From: an uncultured Noviherbaspirillum sp.
GTDB lineage: Bacteria; Pseudomonadota; Gammaproteobacteria; Burkholderiales; Burkholderiaceae_D
DNA length: 64,000 nt
Assembly: GCA_963522035.1 (NCBI GenBank)
Contig: CAUQYP010000005.1
Span: forward strand, 2,353-66,352
Direction: 5' to 3'
Shown here in pieces: positions 23,335 to 44,594 of this stretch. Position 1 is the first letter of the stretch. Each line of letters opens with the position of its first letter. Position numbers and translations under genes: made by a program. Below the pieces are notes generated by a model. The model saw only the letters and a list, made by a program, of their open reading frames with translations, was not told the origin of the DNA and ran no database searches.

Positions 23335-23610
23335 CTATTTCTTAGCCTTCTTGTCAGCCGCATGACCCTTGAACGTACGGGTCACCGCGAATTCGCCGAG
23401 CTTGTGACCGACCATGTTTTCGGAGACATACACCGGCACGTGTTGGCGACCGTTATGCACAGCGATGGTCAGGCCGATGAAGTCCGGCATGATGGTCGAA
23501 CGACGGGACCAGGTCTTGATGGGCTTCTTGTCCTTGGTCGCCTGAGCGGTCTCGACTTTTTTCACCAGGTGGGCGTCGCAAAACGGCCCTTTTTTCAATG
23601 AACGTGTCAT
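23335..23610 (-). CDS. rpsS: 30S ribosomal protein S19
   Basis: 91 aa, [20 protein letters not shown]... Confidence 0.97.
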   Translation of the reverse strand: MTRSLKKGPFCDAHLVKKVETAQATKDKKPIKTWSRRSTIMPDFIGLTIAVHNGRQHVPVYVSENMVGHKLGEFAVTRTFKGHAADKKAKK

Positions 23611-23619
23611 GGTTATTCC

Positions 23620-24447
23620 TTATTTCTTGCCGCGGCGAGAGACGATCATCGAAGTCGTGCGCTTGTTGCGACGCGTCTTCTTGCCCTTGGTCTGTTGACC
23701 CCATGGCGATACCGGGTGACGGCCAGCAGCGGTCTTGCCCTCGCCACCACCGTGCGGGTGATCGACCGGGTTCATCACGACACCGCGAACGGTAGGACGG
23801 ACACCGCGCCAGCGCATTGCACCGGCTTTACCGATCTTGCGCAGGTTGTGCTCGCCGTTGCCGACTTCACCGATGGTTGCACGGCACTCGATGTGCACGC
23901 GGCGAACTTCACCGGAACGCAGGCGAACCTGGGCGTAAGTGCCTTCACGCGCCATCAGCACGACGCCGGCGCCCGCGGTACGGGCCATTTGCGCGCCTTT
24001 GCCTGGCAGCATCTCGACGCAGTGCATCGTGGTACCGACCGGAATATTGCGCAGCGGCAGGCAGTTGCCCGACTTGATCGGCGCTTCAGAGCCGTTCATG
24101 ACGGTGTCGCCAACCGACATGCCTTTGGTGGCGATAATGTACTTGCGCTCGCCATCCGCGTAGCACAGCAGCGCAATGTGCGCACTGCGGTTCGGATCGT
24201 ATTCAACGCGTTCGACTTTCGCCGGGATGCCGTCCTTGTTGCGACGGAAATCAACCACGCGATAGTGCTGCTTGTGACCACCGCCGATATGGCGAGTGGT
24301 GATGTGACCGTTGTTGTTACGACCGGCGGTCTTGGACTTCTTTTCGATCAGGGCTGCAAACGGACGACCCTTGTACAGGTCGGGCGTGACCACCTTGACC
24401 ATACCGCGCCGTGCAGGCGAGGTTGGTTTCATTTTAACGAGAGCCAT
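23620..24447 (-). CDS. rplB: 50S ribosomal protein L2
   Basis: 275 aa, [19 protein letters not shown]...GGGHKQHYR... Confidence 0.98.
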   Translation of the reverse strand: MALVKMKPTSPARRGMVKVVTPDLYKGRPFAALIEKKSKTAGRNNNGHITTRHIGGGHKQHYRVVDFRRNKDGIPAKVERVEYDPNRSAHIALLCYADGERKYIIATKGMSVGDTVMNGSEAPIKSGNCLPLRNIPVGTTMHCVEMLPGKGAQMARTAGAGVVLMAREGTYAQVRLRSGEVRRVHIECRATIGEVGNGEHNLRKIGKAGAMRWRGVRPTVRGVVMNPVDHPHGGGEGKTAAGRHPVSPWGQQTKGKKTRRNKRTTSMIVSRRGKK

Positions 24448-24761
24448 TATTTAGCCTCCTCGGTGAAATTGATTTCCTGACCGGGCTTCAGGCAAACAAA
24501 TGCGCGGCGGGTATGGTTGCGACGACCGGTAAAACGGCCCGAACGCTTTTGCTTGCCTTCGCGGTTTGCTACCTGGACCGACTCAACCTGGACCTTGAAC
24601 AGCATCTCGACAGCGGCCTTGATCTCGAGCTTGTTGGCGTCCGGCGCCACCAGGAAAACGACTTGCTCGTTTTTCTCTGCGACGAAGGTAGCCTTCTCGG
24701 ATATAACCGGCGCCAGCAGCACTTTCATCAGGCGCTCTTCGCTATGTTTCACGTTGTTCAT
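24447..24761 (-). CDS. rplW: 50S ribosomal protein L23
   Basis: 104 aa, ...[27 protein letters not shown]... Confidence 0.96.
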   Translation of the reverse strand: MNNVKHSEERLMKVLLAPVISEKATFVAEKNEQVVFLVAPDANKLEIKAAVEMLFKVQVESVQVANREGKQKRSGRFTGRRNHTRRAFVCLKPGQEINFTEEAK

Positions 24762-25378
24762 GCCAGCATCTCCTCAATCTTGGCCAGTGCGGCCTTGGTG
24801 ATCAGGATCTTCTTGTAGTGAACCAGCGATACCGGGTCGGCATGGCGCGGCTCGCAAACCAGCACGTGCGGCAGGTTGCGCGAAGCCAGCAACAGGTTTT
24901 CATCAAGGTTGTCAGTGATCACCAGCACGGAGTCCAGCCCCATGTCTTTCAGTTTCTGCGCCAGCAGCTTGGTCTTGGGCGCATCGACCGACAGGTCTTC
25001 AATAATGGACAAACGGTCTTCACGAGCCAATTGCGAGAGGATCGAGCAGATACCTGCGCGATACATTTTCTTGTTGACCTTGTGCGTGAAGTTTTCATCA
25101 GGCGAATTCGGGAAAATCCGACCGCCTCCGCGCCACAGGGGCGACGACGACATACCGGCGCGGGCGCGGCCCGTACCTTTTTGACGCCATGGCTTCTTGG
25201 TCGTGTGATGAACTTCTTCACGATCCTTTTGCTTGCGGTTGCCGCTACGGGCATTGGCCTGGTAGGCCACCACGATCTGGTGAATCAGCGCTTCATTGTA
25301 GTCGCGACCGAAAATGGTGTCCGGCGCTGCAACGTTCGATGCAGCCTGGCCCTGGTCGTTCAGGAGCTTGAGTTCCAT
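24758..25378 (-). CDS. rplD: 50S ribosomal protein L4
   Basis: 206 aa, [13 protein letters not shown]...[15 protein letters not shown]... Confidence 0.97.
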   Translation of the reverse strand: MELKLLNDQGQAASNVAAPDTIFGRDYNEALIHQIVVAYQANARSGNRKQKDREEVHHTTKKPWRQKGTGRARAGMSSSPLWRGGGRIFPNSPDENFTHKVNKKMYRAGICSILSQLAREDRLSIIEDLSVDAPKTKLLAQKLKDMGLDSVLVITDNLDENLLLASRNLPHVLVCEPRHADPVSLVHYKKILITKAALAKIEEMLA

Positions 25379-25381
25379 CGC

Positions 25382-26050
25382 TTATGCCCCCTTCTTTGCT
25401 TTGACTTTGATGGCCGGGAACACCACGACCTGGCCATTCTTGGCGCCGGGCACGGCGCCCTTGACCAGCAGCAGCTGGCGATCGGCATCGATACGTGCGA
25501 TTTCGAGATTCTGGGTCGTCACAGTGACGTCACCCATATGACCGGTCATGCGCTTACCCGGGAAAACACGACCCGGGTCCTGCGCCATACCGATGGAACC
25601 CGGCACGTTGTGCGAACGCGAGTTACCGTGGGATGCGCGGCCGGATGCGAAGTTGTGCCGCTTGATGGTACCGGCATAACCCTTACCGATGGAGGTGCCT
25701 TGCACGTCCACTTTCTGGCCAACTTCGAACAGGCTGACAGGAACGACATCACCGACCTTGAGTTCGGCGACGCGCTCTGCGCTGATACGGAATTCCTTGA
25801 GTACGGTGCCAGCTTCGACGCCTGCTTTTGCGTAGTGACCGGCGGCTGCCTTGTTCACACGCGAAGCGCGACGCTGACCGAATGCGACCTGAACAGCGGT
25901 ATAACCGTCCGTTTCAGGCGTTTTGATTTGAGTCACACGGTTGTTGGACACGTCCAGCACGGTAACAGGAATCGAGCTCCCGTCATCCGTGAAGATGCGC
26001 ATCATGCCAACCTTGCGACCAACCAGGCCTTGGCCTTGATCTTGGTTCAT
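25382..26050 (-). CDS. rplC: 50S ribosomal protein L3
   Basis: 222 aa, ...[25 protein letters not shown]... Confidence 0.97.
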   Translation of the reverse strand: MNQDQGQGLVGRKVGMMRIFTDDGSSIPVTVLDVSNNRVTQIKTPETDGYTAVQVAFGQRRASRVNKAAAGHYAKAGVEAGTVLKEFRISAERVAELKVGDVVPVSLFEVGQKVDVQGTSIGKGYAGTIKRHNFASGRASHGNSRSHNVPGSIGMAQDPGRVFPGKRMTGHMGDVTVTTQNLEIARIDADRQLLLVKGAVPGAKNGQVVVFPAIKVKAKKGA

Positions 26051-26115
26051 TTTTTCTCCATTCCCGCCTGCGATTGGGCGGGGCTGATGTTGTGCTACTT
26101 GACTACCGGCTCTGC

Positions 26116-26147
26116 AAAAAACAAAGCCGGCCTTAAACTAAGCCGGC
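26116..26147 (-). terminator. intrinsic terminator-like hairpin inside the rpsJ-rplC spacer
   Basis: The minus strand reads GCCGGCTT-agttta-AGGCCGGC, an 8-bp stem including 1 G-U pair. It is followed by TTTGTTTTTTG. A TATAAT box (plus-strand coordinates 26149-26154) sits 2 nt upstream of the hairpin. Confidence 0.55.
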
Positions 26148-26218
26148 AATTATAACGCGGGACTTTGCCCCATACAACAGAAAGTTGGTGAAGTCAAAGC
26201 CCCGCGAGACAAAAAACC

Positions 26219-26548
26219 TTATTGCAGCTTGATTTCGACGTCGACGCCTGCAGGCAGGTCGAGCTTCATCAATGCGTCGACGGTCTTGTCGGTCGGGTCG
26301 ACGATGTCCATCAGGCGTTGGTGCGTGCGGATCTCGAACTGGTCGCGCGAAGTCTTGTTTACGTGCGGCGAACGCAGGATATCGAAGCGCTCGATACGGG
26401 TAGGCAGAGGCACAGGGCCTTTGACCACGGCACCGGTACGCTTGGCGGTCTCGACGATTTCCTGTGCGGACTGGTCGATCAGACGGTAATCGAATGCCTT
26501 CAGGCGGATACGGATTTTCTGGTTCAGCTTGGTAACTGGGGTCGACAT
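26219..26548 (-). CDS. rpsJ: 30S ribosomal protein S10
   Basis: 109 aa, ...[32 protein letters not shown]... Confidence 0.97.
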   Translation of the reverse strand: MSTPVTKLNQKIRIRLKAFDYRLIDQSAQEIVETAKRTGAVVKGPVPLPTRIERFDILRSPHVNKTSRDQFEIRTHQRLMDIVDPTDKTVDALMKLDLPAGVDVEIKLQ

Positions 26549-26573
26549 GAAATTCTTCCTTAAAAGAGCGAGC

Positions 26574-26597
26574 CGCGGACGGCTGTCCGTCCGCGGT
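26574..26597 (-). terminator. perfect 10-bp GC-rich hairpin between tuf and rpsJ (attenuator, terminator or stabiliser)
   Basis: The minus strand reads CCGCGGACGG-acag-CCGTCCGCGG, then CTCGCTCTTTTAAGGAAG leading into the rpsJ Shine-Dalgarno sequence. The spacer is only 81 nt. Confidence 0.45.
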
Positions 26598-26629
26598 AAT
26601 GATGAGTCAGATAAAGACGTCTACTGCTA

Positions 26630-27820
<1,191 letters not shown>

Positions 27821-27897
27821 TTTATTCTTCCTTCAAAAAGAACGATGTCTTTGACTGCAAAATGCCGGCCCTGAATGCCAGGGCCGGCGTGCGGGAA

Positions 27898-30003
<2,106 letters not shown>

Positions 30004-30133
30004 GATTGATCCTAAATCGTTTAATGAACAAAACCGAGCGCCATTTTTTGAGTAAAAAAATGTGCCCGGCTTCGTACAGATTGCAGAGATGAAAACCCGC
30101 TACGCGCAGCGCGGCAGAGGGCCGTCCCTATTC

Positions 30134-30604
30134 TTAGAAGCGGAAGTGCGAGAATGCCTTGTTCGCTTCCGCCATGCGATGGACTTCATCGCGCTTCTTC
30201 ATCGCGCCGCCACGACCTTCGGCGGCTTCCATCAGTTCGCCACCCAGACGCTGCGGCATCGACTTTTCGCTGCGCTTCTTGGCAGCTTCGCGCAACCAGC
30301 GCATGGACAGCGCTGCGCGGCGGACCGGGCGCACTTCGACCGGCACCTGGTAGTTCGCACCACCGACGCGGCGGGACTTCACCTCGACCATCGGCTTGCA
30401 ATTCGTCAGTGCTGCGGAGAACACTTCCAGCGGGTCCTTGCCGGACTTGGTCTGGATGTACTCGAATGCGCCATAAATGATGTTTTCGGCGACCGACTTC
30501 TTGCCGGACAACATCAGGGTATTGACAAACTTGGCGACATCTACATTGCCGAATTTTGGGTCCGGCAGGATTTCCCGTTTGGGAACTTCACGACGACGTG
30601 GCAT
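30134..30604 (-). CDS. rpsG: 30S ribosomal protein S7
   Basis: 156 aa, [21 protein letters not shown]... Confidence 0.98.
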   Translation of the reverse strand: MPRRREVPKREILPDPKFGNVDVAKFVNTLMLSGKKSVAENIIYGAFEYIQTKSGKDPLEVFSAALTNCKPMVEVKSRRVGGANYQVPVEVRPVRRAALSMRWLREAAKKRSEKSMPQRLGGELMEAAEGRGGAMKKRDEVHRMAEANKAFSHFRF

Positions 30605-30740
30605 TTCAATTCCTTTCGATCTTCAGTTGAGCTGCAGTACGACTTCTACTACCCGCCCGCGGCCAGCCATGCAGACTGGCCACTTACTCGACCCATATGG
30701 GGCCGATACCTTGTTCCACAGCGCTGCTGCGGAAATACGA

Positions 30741-31124
30741 TTACTTCTTGCCGGCCTTGGCACGCTTGGTGCCGTACTTCGAGCGAGCCTGCTTGCGGTC
30801 CTTGACGCCCTGGGTATCCAGCGCGCCGCGCACCATGTGGTAACGCACACCCGGCAAGTCCTTGACGCGACCGCCGCGCAGCAGCACGACACTATGCTCC
30901 TGCAGGTTGTGGCCTTCACCGCCGATATACGAAATGACTTCGAAACCGTTGGTCAGGCGTACCTTGGCGACCTTGCGCAGTGCCGAGTTCGGCTTCTTTG
31001 GGGTCGTGGTGTAGACGCGGGTGCAGACGCCGCGCTTTTGCGGGCTGTTTTCCAGCGCCGGCGATTTGCTCTTCACCGCGGCGGAAACGCGCGGGTGGCG
31101 AATCAGTTGATTGATGGTTGGCAT
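30741..31124 (-). CDS. rpsL: 30S ribosomal protein S12
   Basis: [25 protein letters not shown]...[11 protein letters not shown]...; the start is set at ATG 31124. Confidence 0.98.
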   Translation of the reverse strand: MPTINQLIRHPRVSAAVKSKSPALENSPQKRGVCTRVYTTTPKKPNSALRKVAKVRLTNGFEVISYIGGEGHNLQEHSVVLLRGGRVKDLPGVRYHMVRGALDTQGVKDRKQARSKYGTKRAKAGKK

Positions 31125-31327
31125 CGTTCCTAATCCAACAAAATTACAGCATTTAAAAGAAATACCCTGACACAACGTGTTTCGGGAGCGAAAACTTGGG
31201 AAGCTTGCGGATGGACAGGACGTTCATCACGCGTTCGATTCAGCTGCGGGGCATAGAGCGTGCCGTGGGTGGGAACTGCGGACCAAAGAGCGCTTAAGCC
31301 TGGAAAGCTTAAATTCGAGAACTCGCG

Positions 31328-31356
31328 AGTATATTCTCGTCAAGCGACGGGGTCAA
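31328..31356 (-). promoter_or_regulatory. sigma70-type promoter candidate for the rpsL-rpsG-fusA-tuf operon
   Basis: The minus strand reads TTGACC-17 nt-TATACT. The -35 box is at plus-strand coordinates 31351-31356 and the -10 box at 31328-31333. This implies a leader of about 200 nt before rpsL. Confidence 0.6.
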
Positions 31357-31458
31357 CTTTTCTTTGTCCGGGAAAACAGCGGCCATCGGTTTGCCGATGA
31401 TTGCCGGCAAGTCGGGCACTTTACAGGATAATGTCGGGCTTTCCACATCCGCCTCGCC

Positions 31459-33213
31459 ATGGGTTTCGTCCGCAGCCGCCTTGTTTTATTTATTGCCGTC
31501 AGTTACCTGCTACTGTCTGCTCTTCCGCTATTGCCGTTGCTGCTCGGCCGGAGCATCGCTGCGCCGGGCCTGTTACCGGCTGCAACGCTCTTCACCTGGA
31601 TAGGCGTGTGGGCGTTTTTGAAACGTCCCGCCTATTTTCATCTGCTACTGCTTCCGGCCTTCCTCGCACTGCCGGTAGAAATTTATTTGCAGGTCTATTT
31701 CGGCCAGAGCATTTCGGTTCATCACCTTGGCGTTCTGGCTGAAACGAGTCCGCCGGAAACGATGGAATTCCTGGGCAAACAGGTATGGCTGCTGGGCGCC
31801 GTGCTAGTGCTTGCGCTTGCCTGGTTCGGGTTGGTCTGGCGCGCGGCGTGGCGAACCCGGGCGCTCGACTGGAATGGACCTTCGCGGGGCATCGCATGCC
31901 TGGTCCTGGGCGTCGGACTGGCGCTTTGGCTTTTCGAAGGAGGCGCCACCCGTTTCAGCGCGCCGGTCGTGGCCAGGGGACTTGGCAAGCTGCCGGACTG
32001 GGCCCGCGTGGCTGTTGATGACAAGATGCTCGCCCGGAGTTGGCCGTATGGGATCGTCATGCACCTCGCGTCGTTCCGGAAAGAGCAGCGCTACCTGGCC
32101 CAGTTGGCTGCGCGTAGTACGCTGTTCCGCTTCGGCGCGCACCAGGCCAGCCGCCAGGAGGTACCACAGGTCGTTGTGATGGTACTTGGCGAGTCGTCGC
32201 GTGCGGACCGGTGGAGCCTCAACGGCTACGAACGCAACACCAATCCGCTGCTTGCAACGGAAGCGAACCTGGTAAGCCTGAGCGACATGATTACGCCGGT
32301 ATCGGCGACCCGCTTGTCGGTGCCGGTCATTTTGACGCGCAAGCCGGCGACAAAGAGCCTGCGCGCCGGTTTCTCGGAAACCTCTTTCATCTCGGCCTAC
32401 CGCGAGGCGGGATTCAAGACCTTCTGGTTGTCGAACCAGATGTCGTTCGGCGAGTTCGACACGCCGGTTTCCGTGTTCGCTAAAGAAGCGGATGTCACCC
32501 GCTTTTTCAATCTGGGCGGGTTCACCAATCGGTCCGACCTTGACGATGTGCTTCTGGCGCCATTGCGAGCGGCGATTGGCGACGTGGCGCCAAAGAAGTT
32601 GATCGTCCTGCATACGCTCGGCAATCACTGGAATTACAGCCATCGCTATCCACGTGAATTCGACCGCTGGAAGCCATCGTTGCTGGGCATCGACAAACCG
32701 GCATACACGAGTCTTAAACTGAAACCCGAGATCAATAACAGTTATGACAATTCAATTCTGTACACCGACTGGCTGTTGTCGCAGGTGATCGACGCCTTGA
32801 AGGCCGGGCCGGCGCTGGCGAGCATGATTTATATCGCCGACCATGGCCAGACGCTGTATGACGGCAACTGCAAGCTGGCCTTCCACGGCCACAACACGCA
32901 GTTTGAATTCCATGTGCCGGCGCTGGTCTGGTATTCGGACGATTACGCCGCGTCACACCCAGACAAGGTGGCGCAACTCAGGCAGCACAAGGCGGCGCCG
33001 CTGGCGACAGAAAATATGTTTCACTCGCTGCTCGACCTGGCAGACATCCGCTACGCTGGCGAGCAACTGGATCGCAGCATCTTCAGCAGCCAGCTGACGC
33101 GCCATGTCCGCTATGTCGACAGCTACGGCTGGACCGATTACGACGACGCCACGCTGAAGGGCGACTGCCGGGAAGTGATAGGACGAAAGCAGCCGTTGCA
33201 ACGAGAGAAATGA
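31459..33213 (+). CDS. phosphoethanolamine transferase, EptA/CptA/MCR family (inner-membrane, alkaline-phosphatase-superfamily catalytic domain)
   Basis: 584 aa. About 5 N-terminal TM helices are followed by a periplasmic sulfatase-like domain. Family catalytic and metal residues are visible: VLGESSRAD (Glu), PVSATRLSVP (Thr nucleophile context), HTLGNHWNYSHRYP, ADHGQ, FHGHN. Confidence 0.85.
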   Translation: MGFVRSRLVLFIAVSYLLLSALPLLPLLLGRSIAAPGLLPAATLFTWIGVWAFLKRPAYFHLLLLPAFLALPVEIYLQVYFGQSISVHHLGVLAETSPPETMEFLGKQVWLLGAVLVLALAWFGLVWRAAWRTRALDWNGPSRGIACLVLGVGLALWLFEGGATRFSAPVVARGLGKLPDWARVAVDDKMLARSWPYGIVMHLASFRKEQRYLAQLAARSTLFRFGAHQASRQEVPQVVVMVLGESSRADRWSLNGYERNTNPLLATEANLVSLSDMITPVSATRLSVPVILTRKPATKSLRAGFSETSFISAYREAGFKTFWLSNQMSFGEFDTPVSVFAKEADVTRFFNLGGFTNRSDLDDVLLAPLRAAIGDVAPKKLIVLHTLGNHWNYSHRYPREFDRWKPSLLGIDKPAYTSLKLKPEINNSYDNSILYTDWLLSQVIDALKAGPALASMIYIADHGQTLYDGNCKLAFHGHNTQFEFHVPALVWYSDDYAASHPDKVAQLRQHKAAPLATENMFHSLLDLADIRYAGEQLDRSIFSSQLTRHVRYVDSYGWTDYDDATLKGDCREVIGRKQPLQREK

Positions 33214-33257
33214 TGCGTTGAACTTGCCTGCTTCAACGCGCACCTGTGGTGAAGGCG

Positions 33258-33290
33258 AAAAAAAACCCCGCATCGCTGCGGGGTTTTTGT
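33258..33290. terminator. bidirectional intrinsic terminator between the convergent transferase gene and rpoC
   Basis: AAAAAAAA-CCCCGC-atcgct-GCGGGG-TTTTTGTTT. A second hairpin, GCGTTGAA-cttgcctgc-TTCAACGC, lies at 33216-33240. Confidence 0.8.
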
Positions 33291-33307
33291 TTGGCGTCGT
33301 AAAACGA

Positions 33308-37549
<4,242 letters not shown>

Positions 37550-37659
37550 CTATCACTCCAGGGTGGCGTGAAAAAACTTGTTTGTAAGACCGAGCGGCAA
37601 CCGAACATTATCCCCCGGACCGGCATCCTTTGCAGGACACCGCGCCCAGGGGGGGCAAA

Positions 37660-41766
<4,107 letters not shown>

Positions 41767-41950
41767 GAACACTCCGTGAGTGACAGGAAGGATAGAGAAT
41801 TCAGGATTCGACACAGGTGGTTCGACGATGTTGCATCACCCCACTCTGCGAAACCTCAAGTCTCGGCCCTTCAAATCTGTGATTTAATAGACCGCCATGA
41901 CGGGCGGGTGTTGCATTTTTAACCTGGTTTGAACATCTTCGTCGATTATG

Positions 41951-42007
41951 AAACGCAAAAACGACAAAGGAGCCAAAGCCGAACCCCTCCTTTCGGATAA
42001 GGGCTCT
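41951..42007 (-). promoter_or_regulatory. candidate rplL-rpoB attenuator (structured region followed by a U-rich tract)
   Basis: The minus strand reads GAGCC-cttat-CCGAA-aggagggg-TTCGG-cttt-GGCTC, nested stems of 5 bp each. It is followed by CTTTGTCGTTTTTGCGTTT. In E. coli this position corresponds to the known partial terminator between rplL and rpoB. Confidence 0.35.
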
Positions 42008-42050
42008 GCACTTTGACTCATGCGCTGTATATCGCGCCAGCAGACTGCAA

Positions 42051-42428
42051 TTACTTGATTTCTGCTTTTGCGCCAGCTTCTTCCAGCTTCTTCTTCGCCG
42101 CGTCAGCGTCAGCTTTCGAAACGCCTTCCTTGACTGGCTTCGGTGCACCGTCGACCAGGTCCTTGGCTTCTTTCAAGCCCAGGCCGGTGATTTCGCGGAC
42201 AGCCTTGATGACGCCAACCTTGTTCGCGCCGAAGTTTTCCAGCACAACGGTGAACTCGGTCTGCTCTTCGACAGCCGCTGCTGCGCCGCCGCCAGCTGCA
42301 GGACCTGCAACAGACATTGCTGCTGCGGAAACGCCAAACTTCTCTTCGAATGCCTTCACCAGGTCATTCAGATCCATTACGGACATCTGACCAACTGCTT
42401 CGAGGATGTCGTCTTTGCTAATTGCCAT
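42051..42428 (-). CDS. rplL: 50S ribosomal protein L7/L12
   Basis: 125 aa, [33 protein letters not shown]... Confidence 0.98.
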   Translation of the reverse strand: MAISKDDILEAVGQMSVMDLNDLVKAFEEKFGVSAAAMSVAGPAAGGGAAAAVEEQTEFTVVLENFGANKVGVIKAVREITGLGLKEAKDLVDGAPKPVKEGVSKADADAAKKKLEEAGAKAEIK

Positions 42429-42492
42429 TTGAAACTCCTAAATTGATTCGATAGTTACATCTAGTCGGTAATGACGTGAACGGACAGCCCGA

Positions 42493-43020
42493 TCAGGCTG
42501 CTTCGACTGGCGCTTCGGCTTCCGCCGGGGCGCCGCCACCGTTCTTCTCTGCCAGGGCGGCGAGTGCACGGGCAAATCCGGAAACCGGCGCCTGCATGAT
42601 GCCCATCAGCTGGGACAGCAGAACTTCACGGCTAGGGATATTGGCCAGAGCAGCAACGCCTGCCTTGTCCAGCGCTTTACCTGCGTAGTTACCGCCACGA
42701 ATGACCAGCTTGTCGTTGCCTTTGGAAAAGTCCGACAGGACTTTGGCAGCGGCGACAGCATCGTCCGAGATCGCATAGATCAACGGACCGGTCATGTCAT
42801 TGGCGAGGCTGGAAAACGCGGTACCTTCGACAGCACGGCGAGCTAGCGTGTTTTTCAACACACGCAGGTACACGCCCTGGTCACGCGCCTTGGAACGCAG
42901 TTGCGTCATTTGACCGACCGGGATGCCACGGTATTCAGCCAGTGCGATAGTCTGTGCCGATGCAACCTTGGCAGAGATTTCTTCGACTACGGCTTCTTTT
43001 TCATTCCGATTGAGACCCAC
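42493..43020 (-). CDS. rplJ: 50S ribosomal protein L10
   Basis: (M)[31 protein letters not shown]... I prefer the GTG start at 43020, with GGAG 7 nt upstream. The ORF-track TTG at 43026 is an alternative. Confidence 0.95.
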   Translation of the reverse strand: MGLNRNEKEAVVEEISAKVASAQTIALAEYRGIPVGQMTQLRSKARDQGVYLRVLKNTLARRAVEGTAFSSLANDMTGPLIYAISDDAVAAAKVLSDFSKGNDKLVIRGGNYAGKALDKAGVAALANIPSREVLLSQLMGIMQAPVSGFARALAALAEKNGGGAPAEAEAPVEAA

Positions 43021-43341
43021 GGTCAAGCTCCAAAAATGATGCTTGGCGCCTACACAACCCTATGGCTGCTTGCCTTGCATCGGTTCGAACACGGCGTCCG
43101 AAGTTAGGAGTTCACTGCTGGTGCGGTCCTGCTTGCACAGCGGGCAGACTACAAAACTTGTTCGGGCTCGCCATCTGCGTTGGGTGCCATGGCTTGCGCT
43201 TCCGGCTTTTAACATCTTGCACTACCTGCATGCCTATCAGCCCAACGGTCTTTGATTGCCCGAGCTTTCTTCCGTGAGGATTCCAGCCCGGCCCAAAGAT
43301 GCGCCCTGCGCCGTAACCGGCACGGGGACTTGATTCAATAC

Positions 43342-44037
43342 TTAGGCAGCCAGGGTGGTCTGGTCTACGCGGACACCGGCGCCCATCGTGGACGACAGCG
43401 AAACCTTGCGCAGGTAGACGCCCTTGCTGGTGGCTGGCTTGGCCTTGTTCAGTGCGTCGATCAGCGCAACCAGGTTGCTCTTCAGATCGGCATCGGCAAA
43501 GTCCTTGCGACCAATGGTCGCGTGGATGATGCCAGCCTTGTCGGTACGGTACTGCACCTGACCGGCCTTCGCATTTTTCACAGCGGTTGCCACGTCGGGG
43601 GTCACGGTGCCGACCTTCGGGTTAGGCATCAGGCCGCGCGGTCCAAGGATCTGGCCCAGCGTACCGACGATACGCATGGTGTCCGGCGAAGCGATCACGA
43701 TGTCGAACGGCATGTCGCCGGCCTTGATGCGCTCGGCCAGGTCTTCCATGCCAACCACGTCGGCGCCGGCAGCACGCGCTGCCTCGGCCTTGTCGCCAGC
43801 AGCGAACACAGCGACGCGCACGCTCTTGCCGGTACCGGCTGGCAGCACGACGGAGCCGCGAACGACCTGGTCCGACTTCTTGGCATCCACGCCCAGCTGA
43901 ACCGACACGTCGATCGATTCATTGAACTTGGCGGTAGCGCATTCCTTGATCAGCGAAATCGCATTGTCGAACGGATACAGCTTGGTGCGATCAACTTTGG
44001 CCTTGATCGCCTTGGCGCGTTTGGACAGCTTAGCCAT
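43342..44037 (-). CDS. rplA: 50S ribosomal protein L1
   Basis: 231 aa, [23 protein letters not shown]... Confidence 0.98.
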   Translation of the reverse strand: MAKLSKRAKAIKAKVDRTKLYPFDNAISLIKECATAKFNESIDVSVQLGVDAKKSDQVVRGSVVLPAGTGKSVRVAVFAAGDKAEAARAAGADVVGMEDLAERIKAGDMPFDIVIASPDTMRIVGTLGQILGPRGLMPNPKVGTVTPDVATAVKNAKAGQVQYRTDKAGIIHATIGRKDFADADLKSNLVALIDALNKAKPATSKGVYLRKVSLSSTMGAGVRVDQTTLAA

Positions 44038-44468
44038 TACAGACCCTCCACCGTGATGCCCATGGAACGGGCAGAACCGGCGACGGTGCGCACGGCTGCT
44101 TCCATGTCCGCTGCCGTCAGGTCAGCGTTCTTGGTTTTTGCGATTTCTTCAGCTTGCGCACGCGTAATCGAGCCAACCTTGTCGGTATGCGGCTTCGGCG
44201 AACCCTTTTGAATGCCAGCGGCTTTCTTGATCAGGTAGGTAGCCGGCGGCGACTTCATCACGAAGGTGAAGGACTTGTCGGCGAATGCGGTAATGACAAC
44301 CGGAATCGGCATGCCAGGCTCGATACCCTGGGTCTGCGCATTGAATGCCTTGCAGAATTCCATGATATTCAGGCCGCGCTGACCCAGCGCAGGACCGATC
44401 GGGGGAGACGGATTTGCTTTACCAGCTGGCACTTGCAGCTTGATAAAACCAACGATTTTCTTTGCCAT
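44037..44468 (-). CDS. rplK: 50S ribosomal protein L11
   Basis: 143 aa, [32 protein letters not shown]... Confidence 0.98.
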   Translation of the reverse strand: MAKKIVGFIKLQVPAGKANPSPPIGPALGQRGLNIMEFCKAFNAQTQGIEPGMPIPVVITAFADKSFTFVMKSPPATYLIKKAAGIQKGSPKPHTDKVGSITRAQAEEIAKTKNADLTAADMEAAVRTVAGSARSMGITVEGL

Positions 44469-44594
44469 GATGGCTCCAGTTTGAGTGAGTGTTAGCGCCA
44501 GCCTGCAAGCGTATTGCCTTGCGACTGGCTCCTCTGGTGATGCGCGCCGGTTACTCCATGAAAGAGGCGCCCGGCACGGGCGCTTGCTGCATTC

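Noticed and set aside
31176-33307. The phosphoethanolamine transferase as a mobile mcr-type resistance cassette.
   Set aside because: I could see no transposase, integrase, inverted repeats or direct repeats flanking it. By eye the composition resembles its neighbours. It shares ordinary promoter and terminator architecture with the flanking operons, so it is more likely an intrinsic chromosomal ept gene.
43021-44594. The long spacers rplA-rplJ (about 320 nt) and nusG-rplK (126 nt) as novel elements.
   Set aside because: Long leaders are expected here by analogy with the L10 and L1 autoregulatory leaders and the internal promoter of the rplKAJL-rpoBC cluster. I could not verify the specific RNA structures by eye, so I neither annotate nor flag them.
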